Part shown: in pieces, positions 18,396 to 28,001 of the stretch
Layout of the letters: each line of letters begins with the position of its first letter
How positions within the stretch are numbered: the first letter of the stretch is position 1
Assembly: GCA_015062495.1 (NCBI GenBank)
Contig: SUUN01000002.1
Span: 71,905 to 135,904, forward strand
DNA from: Alphaproteobacteria bacterium
Lineage (GTDB): Bacteria; Pseudomonadota; Alphaproteobacteria; Rs-D84
Reading direction: 5' to 3'
DNA: 64,000 nt
Program-made: the position numbers and the translations under genes
The notes under the pieces: model-generated
The model's database searches: none
Told to the model about the DNA's origin: nothing
Seen by the model: only the letters and a program-made list of their open reading frames with translations

Positions 18396-19439
18396 ATGCA
18401 TGGAATCATTATTTTTACAGCCATCATATTCTTTCTGTGGATTGCCCGTTCCATATTAATACCAATACTGGTTGCGGGTTTTCTGTGGTATTTAATGAAT
18501 GCCATATCTGACTATTATCGTCGCGCATTGCCATACAAAACCCCATCGGACAAACATTCAAAAATTTGGTCCGTTATCTTTGATTGGGTATCATACATTG
18601 GAACACTTGCAACGGTATGCATTATCATATATTTGTTTGCGACCCAAATCCGCCCAATGTTTTCAGAACTGTTCAACGCCCTGCCCGCAATCCAGGACAG
18701 ACTAACCCAATTGGGGACATACCTATCCGACTCCGTCGGTTTGCACTTTGACACGAACATGATACCAAATATTACAAAAATAGCCGCTAACATCGGTGCA
18801 TCTGTGGCCGGCATTGCCACATCATTTGGCATGGTATTGGTATATCTGATTTTCATGTTTGTCGAACAAAGCACATTTAACAAGAAATTTACTGCAATGT
18901 TTCCAGCCAAACGCCAATCAAAAAAGTTCAGATATATTCTGGACAGTATCGACACCAACATGAAAAAGTACCTGTTTGTTAAAACCGCAATTTCTGCGAT
19001 TACCGGCGTTGCCTCATTCATATGGTTACAAATAATCGGCGTTGAATTTGCCGGCGTCTGGGCATTTATCGTATTTATCACCAGTTATATTCCAACCATT
19101 GGCGCAATTGTGGCATGTTCCCTGCCAATATTATATTCATTGGTATCTGCGCCAACCTTACAGCAACCAATTCTGACCGCCGTCGGTTTAATTTCATTGC
19201 AAATTTTATTTGGAAACATAATCGAGCCAAAATTAACCGGCAAAACATTAAACCTGTCAACATTGGCAATTCTGATAAACCTGGTTGTTTGGGGTATGAT
19301 ATGGGGCATCGCCGGCATGTTTTTCAGCGTTCCATTATTGGTCGGAATCTACATCATTTGCGCCCAGTTTGATTCCACCCGTTGGATTGCAATATTGCTG
19401 TCTGCCGACGGTCAAATCCCCGACAAAGACGAAGAATAA
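18396..19439 (+). CDS. AI-2E family transporter (PerM/YhhT/UPF0118)
   Basis: 347 aa polytopic protein with the characteristic C-terminal segment LVVWGMIWGIAGMFFSVPLL. Confidence 0.75.
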   Translation: MHGIIIFTAIIFFLWIARSILIPILVAGFLWYLMNAISDYYRRALPYKTPSDKHSKIWSVIFDWVSYIGTLATVCIIIYLFATQIRPMFSELFNALPAIQDRLTQLGTYLSDSVGLHFDTNMIPNITKIAANIGASVAGIATSFGMVLVYLIFMFVEQSTFNKKFTAMFPAKRQSKKFRYILDSIDTNMKKYLFVKTAISAITGVASFIWLQIIGVEFAGVWAFIVFITSYIPTIGAIVACSLPILYSLVSAPTLQQPILTAVGLISLQILFGNIIEPKLTGKTLNLSTLAILINLVVWGMIWGIAGMFFSVPLLVGIYIICAQFDSTRWIAILLSADGQIPDKDEE

Positions 19440-19442
19440 AAC

Positions 19443-19455
19443 GCGCCATACGCAT
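19443..19455 (+). repeat. 13-mer variant CGCGCCATACGCA (1 mismatch), site 3 of 6, 4 nt after the stop at 19439
   Basis: Context is TAAAACGCGCCATACGCATAAAAATCGGGC. Confidence 0.5.
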
Positions 19456-19483
19456 AAAAATCGGGCTTTTTTAAGCCCGATTT
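19456..19483. terminator. bidirectional terminator AAAAATCGGGCTTTTTTAAGCCCGATTT
   Basis: Hairpin overlapping the ruvX stop codon, between convergent genes. Confidence 0.6.
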
Positions 19484-19920
19484 ATCATTGCAATTGCATT
19501 TTCCAAAATTACCCGCGCAGATTCTGAATCCAGTTTTTCTTTTAAATCGCGCACCTTTATACGTCCCATACTTTCCTGGGCGGCCGATGATGTTAAATTT
19601 TCTTCTATCATACAAATTGGCAGATCCGTTTTTGTTGCCAATTTCGCAACAAAATCCCGCACCATTTTTGTTGTATCAGATTCTGTTCCGTCCCCACGCA
19701 CAGGCAATCCAACAACAATTCCAGACACATGTTCTTGCCCCGCCAAATCCGCAATCAAGCACGCATGATTATTCGCCCCACGTGGCATTACAATCACATC
19801 GCGCACAAACACAAAATCACGCATTGGACTGGACACTGCCACCCCAATTCGACGCAATCCCCAGTCGACCCCTAAAATGCGCCCAGCGCGCGGAAAAGCC
19901 TTGAAATCTGGCAAAATCAT
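19471..19920 (-). CDS. ruvX: Holliday-junction resolvase-like putative pre-16S rRNA nuclease YqgF/RuvX
   Basis: 149 aa with the N-terminal ILGVDWGLRRIGVAVS motif of the YqgF family. Confidence 0.8.
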   Translation of the reverse strand: MILPDFKAFPRAGRILGVDWGLRRIGVAVSSPMRDFVFVRDVIVMPRGANNHACLIADLAGQEHVSGIVVGLPVRGDGTESDTTKMVRDFVAKLATKTDLPICMIEENLTSSAAQESMGRIKVRDLKEKLDSESARVILENAIAMINRA

Positions 19921-19957
19921 TGTATAATCCCTTTACTTTACAAATATAGGATTGAAA

Positions 19958-20254
19958 ATGGCATTTAGCAAGCAGCAATTACAAAAATTTGCAAACCTGA
20001 TAAGAATTGAAATTTCGGATGAAAAGCTGGCCGAAATGAACATTGACTCGGTCATTGAATGGCTGGACAAACTGCAAAAAATTGATACAACTGGTGTTGA
20101 ACCATTACTAAACCCATCGGAACACGATCTGCCCCTGCGCGACGACGTGGTCACCGACGGCAACATTCGTGACTTGGTTTTGGCAAACACGCCTGACAAT
20201 GCCGGCACATCACGTGGCTATTTCGCAGTACCAAAAGTTATGGATGGAGAATAA
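19958..20254 (+). CDS. gatC: Asp/Glu-tRNA amidotransferase subunit C
   Basis: About 98 aa and 3 nt upstream of gatA. The track start at 19952 is TTG, so ATG 19958 was taken. Confidence 0.8.
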   Translation: MAFSKQQLQKFANLIRIEISDEKLAEMNIDSVIEWLDKLQKIDTTGVEPLLNPSEHDLPLRDDVVTDGNIRDLVLANTPDNAGTSRGYFAVPKVMDGE

Positions 20255-20257
20255 CAA

Positions 20258-21724
20258 ATGATTAACCTTACACTTACCGAAGCATTACAAAAATTAGACG
20301 CCGGCGAAATTTCCGCTGTGGAATTAACACGGCGCTATTTGGAACGAATTGAAAAATATGGTGCGGACCTAAATTGCTATATCACAACCACACCAGAACG
20401 CGCCATGGCGGACGCAGCGGCATCTGACGCGCGGCGCAGCGCGGGCAACGCCCTGCCCCTGGACGGTGTTCCAATCGCGATGAAGGATTTATTTGCCACC
20501 CGCGGCATTCGCACAACCGCCGCATCACGCATGTTGGAAAACTTTGTACCCGAATATGAATCAACCGTTTCCCAGAAATTAATTGATGCCGGCACCGTTT
20601 TATTGGGCAAAGCCAACCTGGATGAATTCGCCATGGGCACATTCAGCAAAACGTCTTACTTTGGCGCGCCAATCAATCCATGGCAAATTGAACGCCAATT
20701 AACTGCCGGTGGTTCATCGGGCGGTTCAACATCCGCCGTGGCATCTGGCTTGGCGATTGCCGCAACCGGCACCGACACAGGTGGTTCAATTCGATTCCCT
20801 GCGGCCATCACTGGTATGGTGGGAATGAAGCCAACATACGGCCTGTGTTCACGTTGGGGTTGCGTTGCGTTTGCGTCCAGTCTGGACACACCGGGCCCAA
20901 TTACACGCACTGTTGATGACGCGGCATTAATGCTGTCTGCCATGGCGGGCCATGATGCCAAAGATTCAACGAGCAGCACAAACGGCTTTACATGTAACGC
21001 GCCACTAGAACCAATCCTGGGCGACGGCAAAAAATTACGCGTTGGTATAATCAAAGAATTTTCAGACGTCAAAGTTTCAGACGACATGAAAACGTTATTT
21101 GAAAAACGCATTTCCGATTTAAAATCCATGGGCGCAGAAATTGTCGAAGTGTCTATTCCAAACATCCTGGATGCATTGGCGGCATATTATATTATTGCCC
21201 CGGCCGAGGCCTCATCAAACCTAGCGCGCTATGACGGCATGCGTTATGGTCTGCGCATTGACGGCTCGGATTTAATCGACACATACAAAAAAACACGTGC
21301 CGCCGGCTTTGGTGACGAAGTACAACGCCGCATGATTATCGGCACAGCCGTTTTAAGCAGTGAATCATACGACGTATACTTCATGCAGGCCGCCCGCGTC
21401 CGTCGCATGATTGCAGACAGCTTTGCATCCGCATTTAAACAGTGCGATTTAATTGTATGCCCATCCAGCGCCGGCACCGCCATGCCATTGGCATCCGACC
21501 TGTCGCCACTGGAATATTATGCATTGGATTTATTCACGGTTGCGATGAACCTGGCGGGCGTACCTGCATGCAGCGTACCATGCGGATTGGCTGCAAACGG
21601 CCTGCCACTGGGGATGCAGGTTGTTGGCCCACGTTTTGAAGATATGCGCGTCCTGCAATTGGCCAAGCATATTGAAATCGCCGCTGGCATTGACAACCGC
21701 CCAACAGCAATTATGGGGAAATAA
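20258..21724 (+). CDS. gatA: Asp/Glu-tRNA amidotransferase subunit A
   Basis: Amidase signature (GGSSGGSTSAVASG...GTDTGGSIR), 488 aa. Confidence 0.9.
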   Translation: MINLTLTEALQKLDAGEISAVELTRRYLERIEKYGADLNCYITTTPERAMADAAASDARRSAGNALPLDGVPIAMKDLFATRGIRTTAASRMLENFVPEYESTVSQKLIDAGTVLLGKANLDEFAMGTFSKTSYFGAPINPWQIERQLTAGGSSGGSTSAVASGLAIAATGTDTGGSIRFPAAITGMVGMKPTYGLCSRWGCVAFASSLDTPGPITRTVDDAALMLSAMAGHDAKDSTSSTNGFTCNAPLEPILGDGKKLRVGIIKEFSDVKVSDDMKTLFEKRISDLKSMGAEIVEVSIPNILDALAAYYIIAPAEASSNLARYDGMRYGLRIDGSDLIDTYKKTRAAGFGDEVQRRMIIGTAVLSSESYDVYFMQAARVRRMIADSFASAFKQCDLIVCPSSAGTAMPLASDLSPLEYYALDLFTVAMNLAGVPACSVPCGLAANGLPLGMQVVGPRFEDMRVLQLAKHIEIAAGIDNRPTAIMGK

Positions 21725-21738
21725 AAATGAACATCCGC

Positions 21739-21948
21739 ACCATCTTCTTGGGCAATAAAAAAACGACCACAACGGTCGCTAGAAAGGAGATGGTGGCGAG
21801 CCGACGGGAATCGAACCGCCGACCACAGGAGTTTTAAGGTGAATTGTTCTAATACCATCTTCTTGGGCAATAAAAAAACGACCATTTCGGTCGCAATAAG
21901 AAAGGAGATGGTGGCTAGGGACGGAATCGAACCGCCGACACAGGGATT
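21739..21948. repeat. tandem partial duplication (~115-bp period, ~85% identity) covering the tRNA-Phe 3' half and its terminator
   Basis: Copy 1 (21739-21830) is ACCATCTTCTTGGGCAATAAAAAAACGACCACAACGGTCGCTAGAAAGGAGATGGTGGCGAGCCGACGGGAATCGAACCGCCGACCACAGGA. Copy 2 (21854-21948) is the same with 'TTTC' / 'AATAAG' / 'TAGGGACGGAATCGAACCGCCGACACAGGGA' substitutions. Copy 2 continues into the intact tRNA. Confidence 0.75.
21791..21840 (-). pseudogene. degenerate tRNA 3'-half fragment (pseudo-tRNA-Phe)
   Basis: Has ...GGCGGTTCGATTCCCGTCGGCTCGCCACCA (T-arm and acceptor 3' strand with CCA). The anticodon arm is decayed and there is no 5' half. Confidence 0.55.
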
Positions 21949-21984
21949 TTCAGTCCCTTGCTCTACCAACTGAGCTACCTAGCC
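21909..21984 (-). tRNA. tRNA-Phe (GAA)
   Basis: Reverse strand reads GGCTAGGTAGCTCAGTTGGTAGAGCAAGGGACTGAAAATCCCTGTGTCGGCGGTTCGATTCCGTCCCTAGCCACCA. Cloverleaf with anticodon loop CTGAAAA and encoded CCA. Located antisense between gatA and gatB. Confidence 0.9.
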
Positions 21985-22039
21985 AACGCGAGGACAATAA
22001 TAAGATACGAAAAATAAAAAAGCAAGGGAAAAAGATAAA

Positions 22040-23560
22040 ATGTTCACAATAAAAGGCAAAACATGTGATTGGGAATTGGTAATTGGTCTGGAAACCCATA
22101 TCGAAGTACTGTCCGAATCGAAATTATTCAGTGGCGCATCTGCGGACTATAACCCAACCGTCGCCCCAAATACCCAGGTATCAATGGTCGATGTTGCGAT
22201 GCCCGGCATGTTGCCAGTATTAAACAGATACTGCGTTGACCAGGCAATAAAAATGGGACTGGGGCTGAATGCAGAAATATCCCACCACAGTCGCTTTGCC
22301 CGCAAACAATACTTTTACCCTGACCTGCCCCAGGGCTATCAGATATCACAACCCGCAGACGAAGCCCCTGTTGTCGGCCGTGGCTGGATTGAAATTATGG
22401 GCGACGATGGCAACCCTAAAAAGATTTTAATTGAACGCGCCCACCTGGAACAGGACGCCGGCAAACTAAAACACGATGTACATCCAACAAAATCTTTTGC
22501 AGACTATAACCGTACCGGGGTCGCCCTGTTGGAAATCGTTACATATTTGAACACCAAAGATACGGAAAATAATTCTTATATTTCATCCCCAGACGAAGCC
22601 GAACGCTATCTGCGTGAAATCCGCGAAATCGCACGTGCCCTGGGCGTATCACGCGCAAACATGGAAGAAGGTTCTATGCGTGCTGATGTAAATGTATCTG
22701 TGCGACCGGTCGGTTCAAAAGAATTTCGCACCCGCACAGAAACAAAAAACATGGTATCATTTAAATTTATCAAATCTGCCATTGAGTACGAGGCACGCCG
22801 TCAAATCGAAATCTACGAAAACGGTGGCACTGTTTCCCAGGACACAATGCGCTATCACCAAGATGACGGCACAACATCCGTTATGCGCAGCAAAGAAGAC
22901 GCCCTGGACTATCGCTATTTCCCAGATCCAGACCTGCTGCCAATCATTATCACAGACGAACAAATCGAACAAATTCGCAGCACTATGCCCGAATTACCAT
23001 CTGCAACCCGTGCGCGCTATACGCATGAATTCGGGCTGTCTGAATATGACGCGGCACGCCTGACGGAAACAACCGATATATCACACTGGTTTGATTCTGC
23101 CGTCAATGGCAAGAAAGAAAACGCTAAATCAATTGCCAATTGGATGATTTCTGAACTGTTCGCCCACCCTGAAAATTGGGATGCGAAAAATGAAAAATCC
23201 GGCATTGTGGATGAAATGCGCATTATCACACCATCTGATTTGTCAGAATTGGTTGATATGATTGGCGACAACACAATTAACGGCAAACAGGCCAAAGAAA
23301 TCTTTATCAAAATGTTGGACGGGGAATCTGGCACACCACGCGAAATTGCCGACAAATTCGGCATGAAACAGATGACTGACACCACCGCAATCGAAGGAAT
23401 TGTTGACGAAGTCATCGCTGCAAATCCATCCCAGGTTGAACAATATAAATCTGGCAAGGTTGGATTACTCGGCTTCTTTGTTGGAAACGTTATGAAGAAA
23501 ACAGGTGGCACCGCCAACCCAGCCGTTGTAAATGAAATTTTAAGAAACAAACTAGCATAA
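22040..23560 (+). CDS. gatB: Asp/Glu-tRNA amidotransferase subunit B
   Basis: 506 aa. GatB N-terminal motifs (GLETHIEV...) and a C-terminal YqeY-like domain. Confidence 0.9.
   Translation: MFTIKGKTCDWELVIGLETHIEVLSESKLFSGASADYNPTVAPNTQVSMVDVAMPGMLPVLNRYCVDQAIKMGLGLNAEISHHSRFARKQYFYPDLPQGYQISQPADEAPVVGRGWIEIMGDDGNPKKILIERAHLEQDAGKLKHDVHPTKSFADYNRTGVALLEIVTYLNTKDTENNSYISSPDEAERYLREIREIARALGVSRANMEEGSMRADVNVSVRPVGSKEFRTRTETKNMVSFKFIKSAIEYEARRQIEIYENGGTVSQDTMRYHQDDGTTSVMRSKEDALDYRYFPDPDLLPIIITDEQIEQIRSTMPELPSATRARYTHEFGLSEYDAARLTETTDISHWFDSAVNGKKENAKSIANWMISELFAHPENWDAKNEKSGIVDEMRIITPSDLSELVDMIGDNTINGKQAKEIFIKMLDGESGTPREIADKFGMKQMTDTTAIEGIVDEVIAANPSQVEQYKSGKVGLLGFFVGNVMKKTGGTANPAVVNEILRNKLA
23013..23025 (+). 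repeat. 13-mer CGCGCTATACGCA, site 4 of 6, inside gatB coding sequence (encodes ...ARYTHE...)
   Basis: Context is GTGCGCGCTATACGCATGAATTCGGGC. Confidence 0.6.
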
Positions 23561-23572
23561 AAGGATAAAATC

Positions 23573-23755
23573 ATGGTAAAAGTAATTGGCATTGTTGAAA
23601 ATGATTCAATCACAGGCGTTAAATACGGCACAATCGAGGTTGACGAACACATATCTGAAATTGAACGTGCAAAATCTGCCTATGATTCCGCCGTTGCCAA
23701 GGTAAAAACATCCCAGGCGAAAAAAATTCGCAGCGAAAAAACCAAGAACAAATAA
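23573..23755 (+). CDS. small hypothetical protein with a basic C-terminal tail
   Basis: 60 aa, ending ...AKVKTSQAKKIRSEKTKNK. Paralogous tail to the next small ORF. Confidence 0.35.
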   Translation: MVKVIGIVENDSITGVKYGTIEVDEHISEIERAKSAYDSAVAKVKTSQAKKIRSEKTKNK

Positions 23756-23756
23756 A

Positions 23757-23927
23757 ATGTACACATCAATAAAGCGCACTTTACGCGAATTAGCGCATAC
23801 CACAGCGATGTCTAAAATTCAAAACCACGAATGGTCTGAACGCATGCGCGCATGTCGTCGTGCCTTTGACACGGCAACCGCACGTCAAATAAAACGTATG
23901 CGCAACGAACATACCAAGCACAAATAA
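23757..23927 (+). CDS. small hypothetical protein (tandem paralogue of 23573..23755)
   Basis: 56 aa, below the track threshold. MYTSIKRTLRELAHTTAMSKIQNHEWSERMRACRRAFDTATARQIKRMRNEHTKHK. Similar C-terminus and a similar 3' nucleotide context (ACCAAG.ACAAATAAA.T.TACAA). Confidence 0.3.
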   Translation: MYTSIKRTLRELAHTTAMSKIQNHEWSERMRACRRAFDTATARQIKRMRNEHTKHK

Positions 23928-23936
23928 AGTACAAAC

Positions 23937-25235
23937 ATGAAAAAATTCTTTATCCAAACCTTTGGCTGTCAGATGAATGTTTATGATGGATGGCGAATCG
24001 CTGCGATGTTGGAACACCGCGGCATGGTGCGTACAGACGATGTTTCCGACGCAGACATTATCATATTAAACACCTGCGCTGTTCGTGCCAAGGCGACCGA
24101 TAAAGTATTTTCTGCCCTGGGGCGCATACGCCGCGCAAAAAAGCCATCGGCACTGTTCGGTATTGTTGGTTGCGTCGCCCGCGAATCGGGCACAGATGCA
24201 TTTCGTCGCATTCCTGATTTGAATTTTGTGTTGGGCCCGCAATCGTATCACAAATTGCCCGACATCCTGGAAAACCCAGATGCACGTTTACTAAACATTG
24301 ACCTGGGGGGCTTGGAAAAGTTTGACGCCCTGCCCCAGATGGTAAAATCCCCACGCGTCGCATATATTCCAATCCAAGAAGGCTGTAATCACGTCTGTAC
24401 ATATTGTATTGTTCCATACACACGTGGCCGCGAAATTTCGCGTTCATTCGAATCGGTAATGGCGGAAACTATACATGCGGCAAAAACCGGTGCGATTGAA
24501 ATCTGCTTTCTGGGGCAAAATGTCAACGGATACAAATACACCGATGAAAACGGCAAACTTTATCGCCTGTCCGATTTAATTCGCGAAACCGCAAAAATCC
24601 CAGAAATCATGCGTATACGCTTTACATCCAGTTATCCAACTGAAATGACAGACGACCTGATTTCTATGTTCGCGACCGAACCAAAACTACTGCCTTTTTT
24701 GAACATGCCAATCCAAAGTGGCGCACCCAATGTACTGGCGCGCATGAACCGCCCATACAGCCTGGAATTATACACTGACATAATTCGCAAACTAAAAATT
24801 GCACGTCCAGACATTCAAATTTCATCTGACTTTATTGTTGGATTCCCAGGCGAAACAGACGATGATTTTGAACAGACAATGCGTATTGCGGAACAAATCA
24901 AATATATCAACTCATACTCGTTCAAATATTCACCGCGTCCACATACCGCGGCGGCATTAATGCCCGATCAAATCCCCGAAAACGTCAAGGCCGCACGCCT
25001 GGCCAAACTGGATGCATATTTAAACGAAGTCCAACGCGAATTTAACATTGGCTGTGTTGATAGAACCTTATCCTGCCTGCTCGAAGGGGTCGACAAAACT
25101 GGCCGTCACCTGGTATATCGAACACCGTTCATGCAACAATGTATCGTTGAATATCGCGACAATGCACCTGAATTGGCCAACATAAAAATTACCGCCGCAA
25201 ACAAGGCATCACTTCGTGGTAAATTTGCAGACTAA
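23937..25235 (+). CDS. miaB: tRNA-i6A37 methylthiotransferase MiaB
   Basis: UPF0004 N-terminal domain (FIQTFGCQMN), radical-SAM CNHVCTYC motif and a TRAM domain. 432 aa. Confidence 0.9.
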   Translation: MKKFFIQTFGCQMNVYDGWRIAAMLEHRGMVRTDDVSDADIIILNTCAVRAKATDKVFSALGRIRRAKKPSALFGIVGCVARESGTDAFRRIPDLNFVLGPQSYHKLPDILENPDARLLNIDLGGLEKFDALPQMVKSPRVAYIPIQEGCNHVCTYCIVPYTRGREISRSFESVMAETIHAAKTGAIEICFLGQNVNGYKYTDENGKLYRLSDLIRETAKIPEIMRIRFTSSYPTEMTDDLISMFATEPKLLPFLNMPIQSGAPNVLARMNRPYSLELYTDIIRKLKIARPDIQISSDFIVGFPGETDDDFEQTMRIAEQIKYINSYSFKYSPRPHTAAALMPDQIPENVKAARLAKLDAYLNEVQREFNIGCVDRTLSCLLEGVDKTGRHLVYRTPFMQQCIVEYRDNAPELANIKITAANKASLRGKFAD

Positions 25236-26768
25236 TCAGAAACGCAATCTGCCCACAATTGATATTTTGTATGACAACGTATCAAACATGCGCACGATGC
25301 TAAATTCTGTGTTACCACCAATCATATCATACGCCGACCAAACCCCAATTCGCGCCACACCGCGCATCATATACTGCGACGCAACATCGAACATAGCATC
25401 ATAATTGTATTTTATTCCCATCATTTCATATTGATACCCAACCATTACCCCACCACGCGCGTGCATTGTCCCATCTGTAACAGATTCCATTCTATAATTC
25501 GACATATCAATCCCGACAAAGGGCGCAATATAAAACGAATCGATTGGTACATACCTGTATCCAAAATCCGCCACCACATTCATTGACACAGCAGACGGAT
25601 TATTTATAACACGATTTTCATAAAACACATCACCCATATCAAAATCAAATCTTGTAACATCCACCAACCCGCGCACCCATAAATTATTTTTCATCAAATA
25701 TTTTGCATTTAAATTTAACCCATAATACACACCTGCAAAATTATCTAATTCTGTTTCATACTCAATATTTCCAACACGCATATTTATCGCAACATCCACA
25801 TCACCAATCCTGTCCACCCCACCCAGGTTTACACCATACGAATAAAAATTATCAGACCACACCAGATTTCCATCCACATAAATACCTGCATCTGTTTTAA
25901 ACAAAAATTTATCAAACGAATTAATGATTTCAATAATGTTCCCCAGAACACTTGGGTTAAATCGCACCGAACGTTTCATCGCATCACGCAACGCATCCAT
26001 ATGCGTTGCACTATCCATGTATTTCAACAAACCATCATCCGGATTCTTTGCCCGCAGATTATTCAAAAACAGCCCTGCTTTACTGTTTAAAACCTTTACA
26101 TAGTCTGTTTCACGCACACGTTTTACAAACAACCGTCCATCATCAACATATCCCACATCCGCGAACAAAGGATTATTCACATCACTTTGAAAATAAATCT
26201 GACCATTTGCCGACACATTATTAACAATCGGCACATCATACATATCTGACAAATCATCCACGACAAAAACAATATCGCCCAACAGATCTAATGCGTCCAA
26301 ATTTCTAAAATCAAAATTATTAATATCAACAATCGAATTCTGTATAACTAATTTATTCAGCACACCTGCATTTACCCCGGCATTTAAATAAATGTTATCC
26401 GCACCATCAATCATCAAAGTATATTTCACATTACTTACAATTGGATTAAAATCATTCACACCCGACACAACCTGAACAATATCTGCATCCATACCCAGAT
26501 TAAAATTTGCTGTAAAATCCCCGTGATTCAGAATTCTAAATTCACACCGTTCGCAAACTACAAAATCAGTATTAACCGAACCATTATTTATCAAATCAAT
26601 TGTTCTGTTAACATTAACAACATCTGGTTCAAATCTGATATTTTCACCAATGACGGTATCTGCGTTCAAATTGATAAAATCAGCCGTCACATCCCCCATG
26701 AACGAATCGGCACATGCCACACCATGGGACATAACAAGGAAAGCAAAAGCCAAAGCATAAAATTTCAT
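25236..26768 (-). CDS. outer-membrane beta-barrel / autotransporter-like surface protein
   Basis: 510 aa with a signal peptide. Asn/Asp/Val-rich beta-strand-like repeats. C-terminal ...SIVGRLRF with terminal Phe, an OMP sorting signal. Confidence 0.55.
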   Translation of the reverse strand: MKFYALAFAFLVMSHGVACADSFMGDVTADFINLNADTVIGENIRFEPDVVNVNRTIDLINNGSVNTDFVVCERCEFRILNHGDFTANFNLGMDADIVQVVSGVNDFNPIVSNVKYTLMIDGADNIYLNAGVNAGVLNKLVIQNSIVDINNFDFRNLDALDLLGDIVFVVDDLSDMYDVPIVNNVSANGQIYFQSDVNNPLFADVGYVDDGRLFVKRVRETDYVKVLNSKAGLFLNNLRAKNPDDGLLKYMDSATHMDALRDAMKRSVRFNPSVLGNIIEIINSFDKFLFKTDAGIYVDGNLVWSDNFYSYGVNLGGVDRIGDVDVAINMRVGNIEYETELDNFAGVYYGLNLNAKYLMKNNLWVRGLVDVTRFDFDMGDVFYENRVINNPSAVSMNVVADFGYRYVPIDSFYIAPFVGIDMSNYRMESVTDGTMHARGGVMVGYQYEMMGIKYNYDAMFDVASQYMMRGVARIGVWSAYDMIGGNTEFSIVRMFDTLSYKISIVGRLRF

Positions 26769-26873
26769 TTTCTAACCTGTTCCCCCAGCATAGCAAACAA
26801 GAATATATTCCCAAAGCAAAATATAAAAACACCCCGTTTTCACGGGGTGCAATGCCAGTTTCAAAAACAGCGA

Positions 26874-27431
26874 TTATTTTTCCAATTTGCCCCATCCGGC
26901 CTTGTATCCACCATCACGTTCCAGATAGATATTAGCACCATCCAATTGTGCGGCACTTAATCCTTGAATCATATATGTCTGATTCAGATGACGACTTAAT
27001 CCCGCCTGCAACATTGGCAACTGAACATTCATCAACTTAGAATTATTACAGCATTTCGCGTCGTTATAGCATGAATTGCACTGGTACAGTTTAACATTGT
27101 ACTGAACACCTGGGCGCAAATCTTTCAAATCAACCATCATTTTCAGACCATTATCAGTATCCTTGAACTTGATATGTCCCATTTTCGATTCGCCACCATT
27201 ACTGCTGTGTGTGTACATTTTTGCATAAACGTGATTTACATCTGCATTTTCATACGTTTGATAAACGACGATTTCATCTGTTTCTGCTACAACGGCGACT
27301 GGCTGAACGCGCTGCACAGGTTTATGATGGCGCATCTTTTTATTTGGACATTCCATCATACACCCACTTAATAAAACTGCTGCACCCAACACAGATGCAA
27401 ACACCCCCATTTTTTTCATAATGTTTTTCAT
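26874..27431 (-). CDS. lipoprotein, weak Cu/Zn-superoxide-dismutase-like fold signature
   Basis: 185 aa. Lipobox LSGC. Mid-region GHIKFKDTDNGLKMMVDLKDLRPGVQY loosely resembles SodC but lacks the metal-binding His set. Cys-rich C-terminus. Confidence 0.35.
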   Translation of the reverse strand: MKNIMKKMGVFASVLGAAVLLSGCMMECPNKKMRHHKPVQRVQPVAVVAETDEIVVYQTYENADVNHVYAKMYTHSSNGGESKMGHIKFKDTDNGLKMMVDLKDLRPGVQYNVKLYQCNSCYNDAKCCNNSKLMNVQLPMLQAGLSRHLNQTYMIQGLSAAQLDGANIYLERDGGYKAGWGKLEK

Positions 27432-27614
27432 AGTATTTTCTCCTTTTGTTCCGTGTATTTACACATTACCAGTCTACTATAAAAAAACACCATTTACCCC
27501 AGGTTTGATTCCCTAGGAATCCCCAGATTTCATGCGTACAGCGCGTTTTGAAACCAATCCTATATCAATCATAAAATTTATCTGATATTGTCTTTTTACC
27601 AAAGGGGGGAAAAC

Positions 27615-27971
27615 ATGTACACACTTATGCAATATTTAATCGCATTCAAATACGCATGCAAAATCAATCACTGGTCAACAGACAGTTATGCCAAGCACCT
27701 GTTATTCGATCGTTTAACCGGCGACATTGACACCTGGGTCGATTCGATTGCAGAAAATTATTTTATGGCTGACGACAACAAAAAAGTATTCAAGCCCGAC
27801 ATCCTAAATTCCAAATTCATCAATCGTGACCTGGTAAAAATGTGTATGATTATAATATCACACCTGGAAGAATTACAGACCGACGGCGAAACGAACGAAG
27901 GGCTAAATTCATTACTCAGCGCAATCGAAGAAGGTTTCTTAAATAAACTGGCCCTGGCCAAACTTACATAA
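27615..27971 (+). CDS. small ferritin-like / Dps-like protein (tentative)
   Basis: About 118 aa from ATG 27615 with RBS AAAGGGGGGA. KINHWSTDSYAKHLLFDRL...DTWVDSIAENY resembles the Dps HW...LH...D...E ferroxidase region. Shorter than canonical Dps. Confidence 0.3.
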   Translation: MYTLMQYLIAFKYACKINHWSTDSYAKHLLFDRLTGDIDTWVDSIAENYFMADDNKKVFKPDILNSKFINRDLVKMCMIIISHLEELQTDGETNEGLNSLLSAIEEGFLNKLALAKLT

Positions 27972-28001
27972 AAAAAATCCCCATTTCGGGGATTTTTTTA
28001 T
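27972..28001. terminator. bidirectional terminator AAAAAAAATCCCCATTTCGGGGATTTTTTT
   Basis: Hairpin with a T-tract between convergent genes. Confidence 0.7.

Noticed and set aside
18515-19081. 188-aa ORF antisense to the AI-2E transporter gene
   Set aside because: Shadow ORF inside a conserved gene.
20656-21165. 169-aa ORF antisense within gatA
   Set aside because: Shadow ORF inside a conserved gene.
21791-21840. Possible second functional tRNA upstream of tRNA-Phe
   Set aside because: Only a T-arm/acceptor-like 3' half is present. There is no 5' half and the anticodon arm is degenerate. Treated as a pseudo-tRNA duplicate.
21517-21969. 150-aa ORF spanning the gatA-gatB spacer on the minus strand
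   Set aside because: It is the translation of the tRNA-Phe gene and its duplicated terminator region. Not a protein gene.
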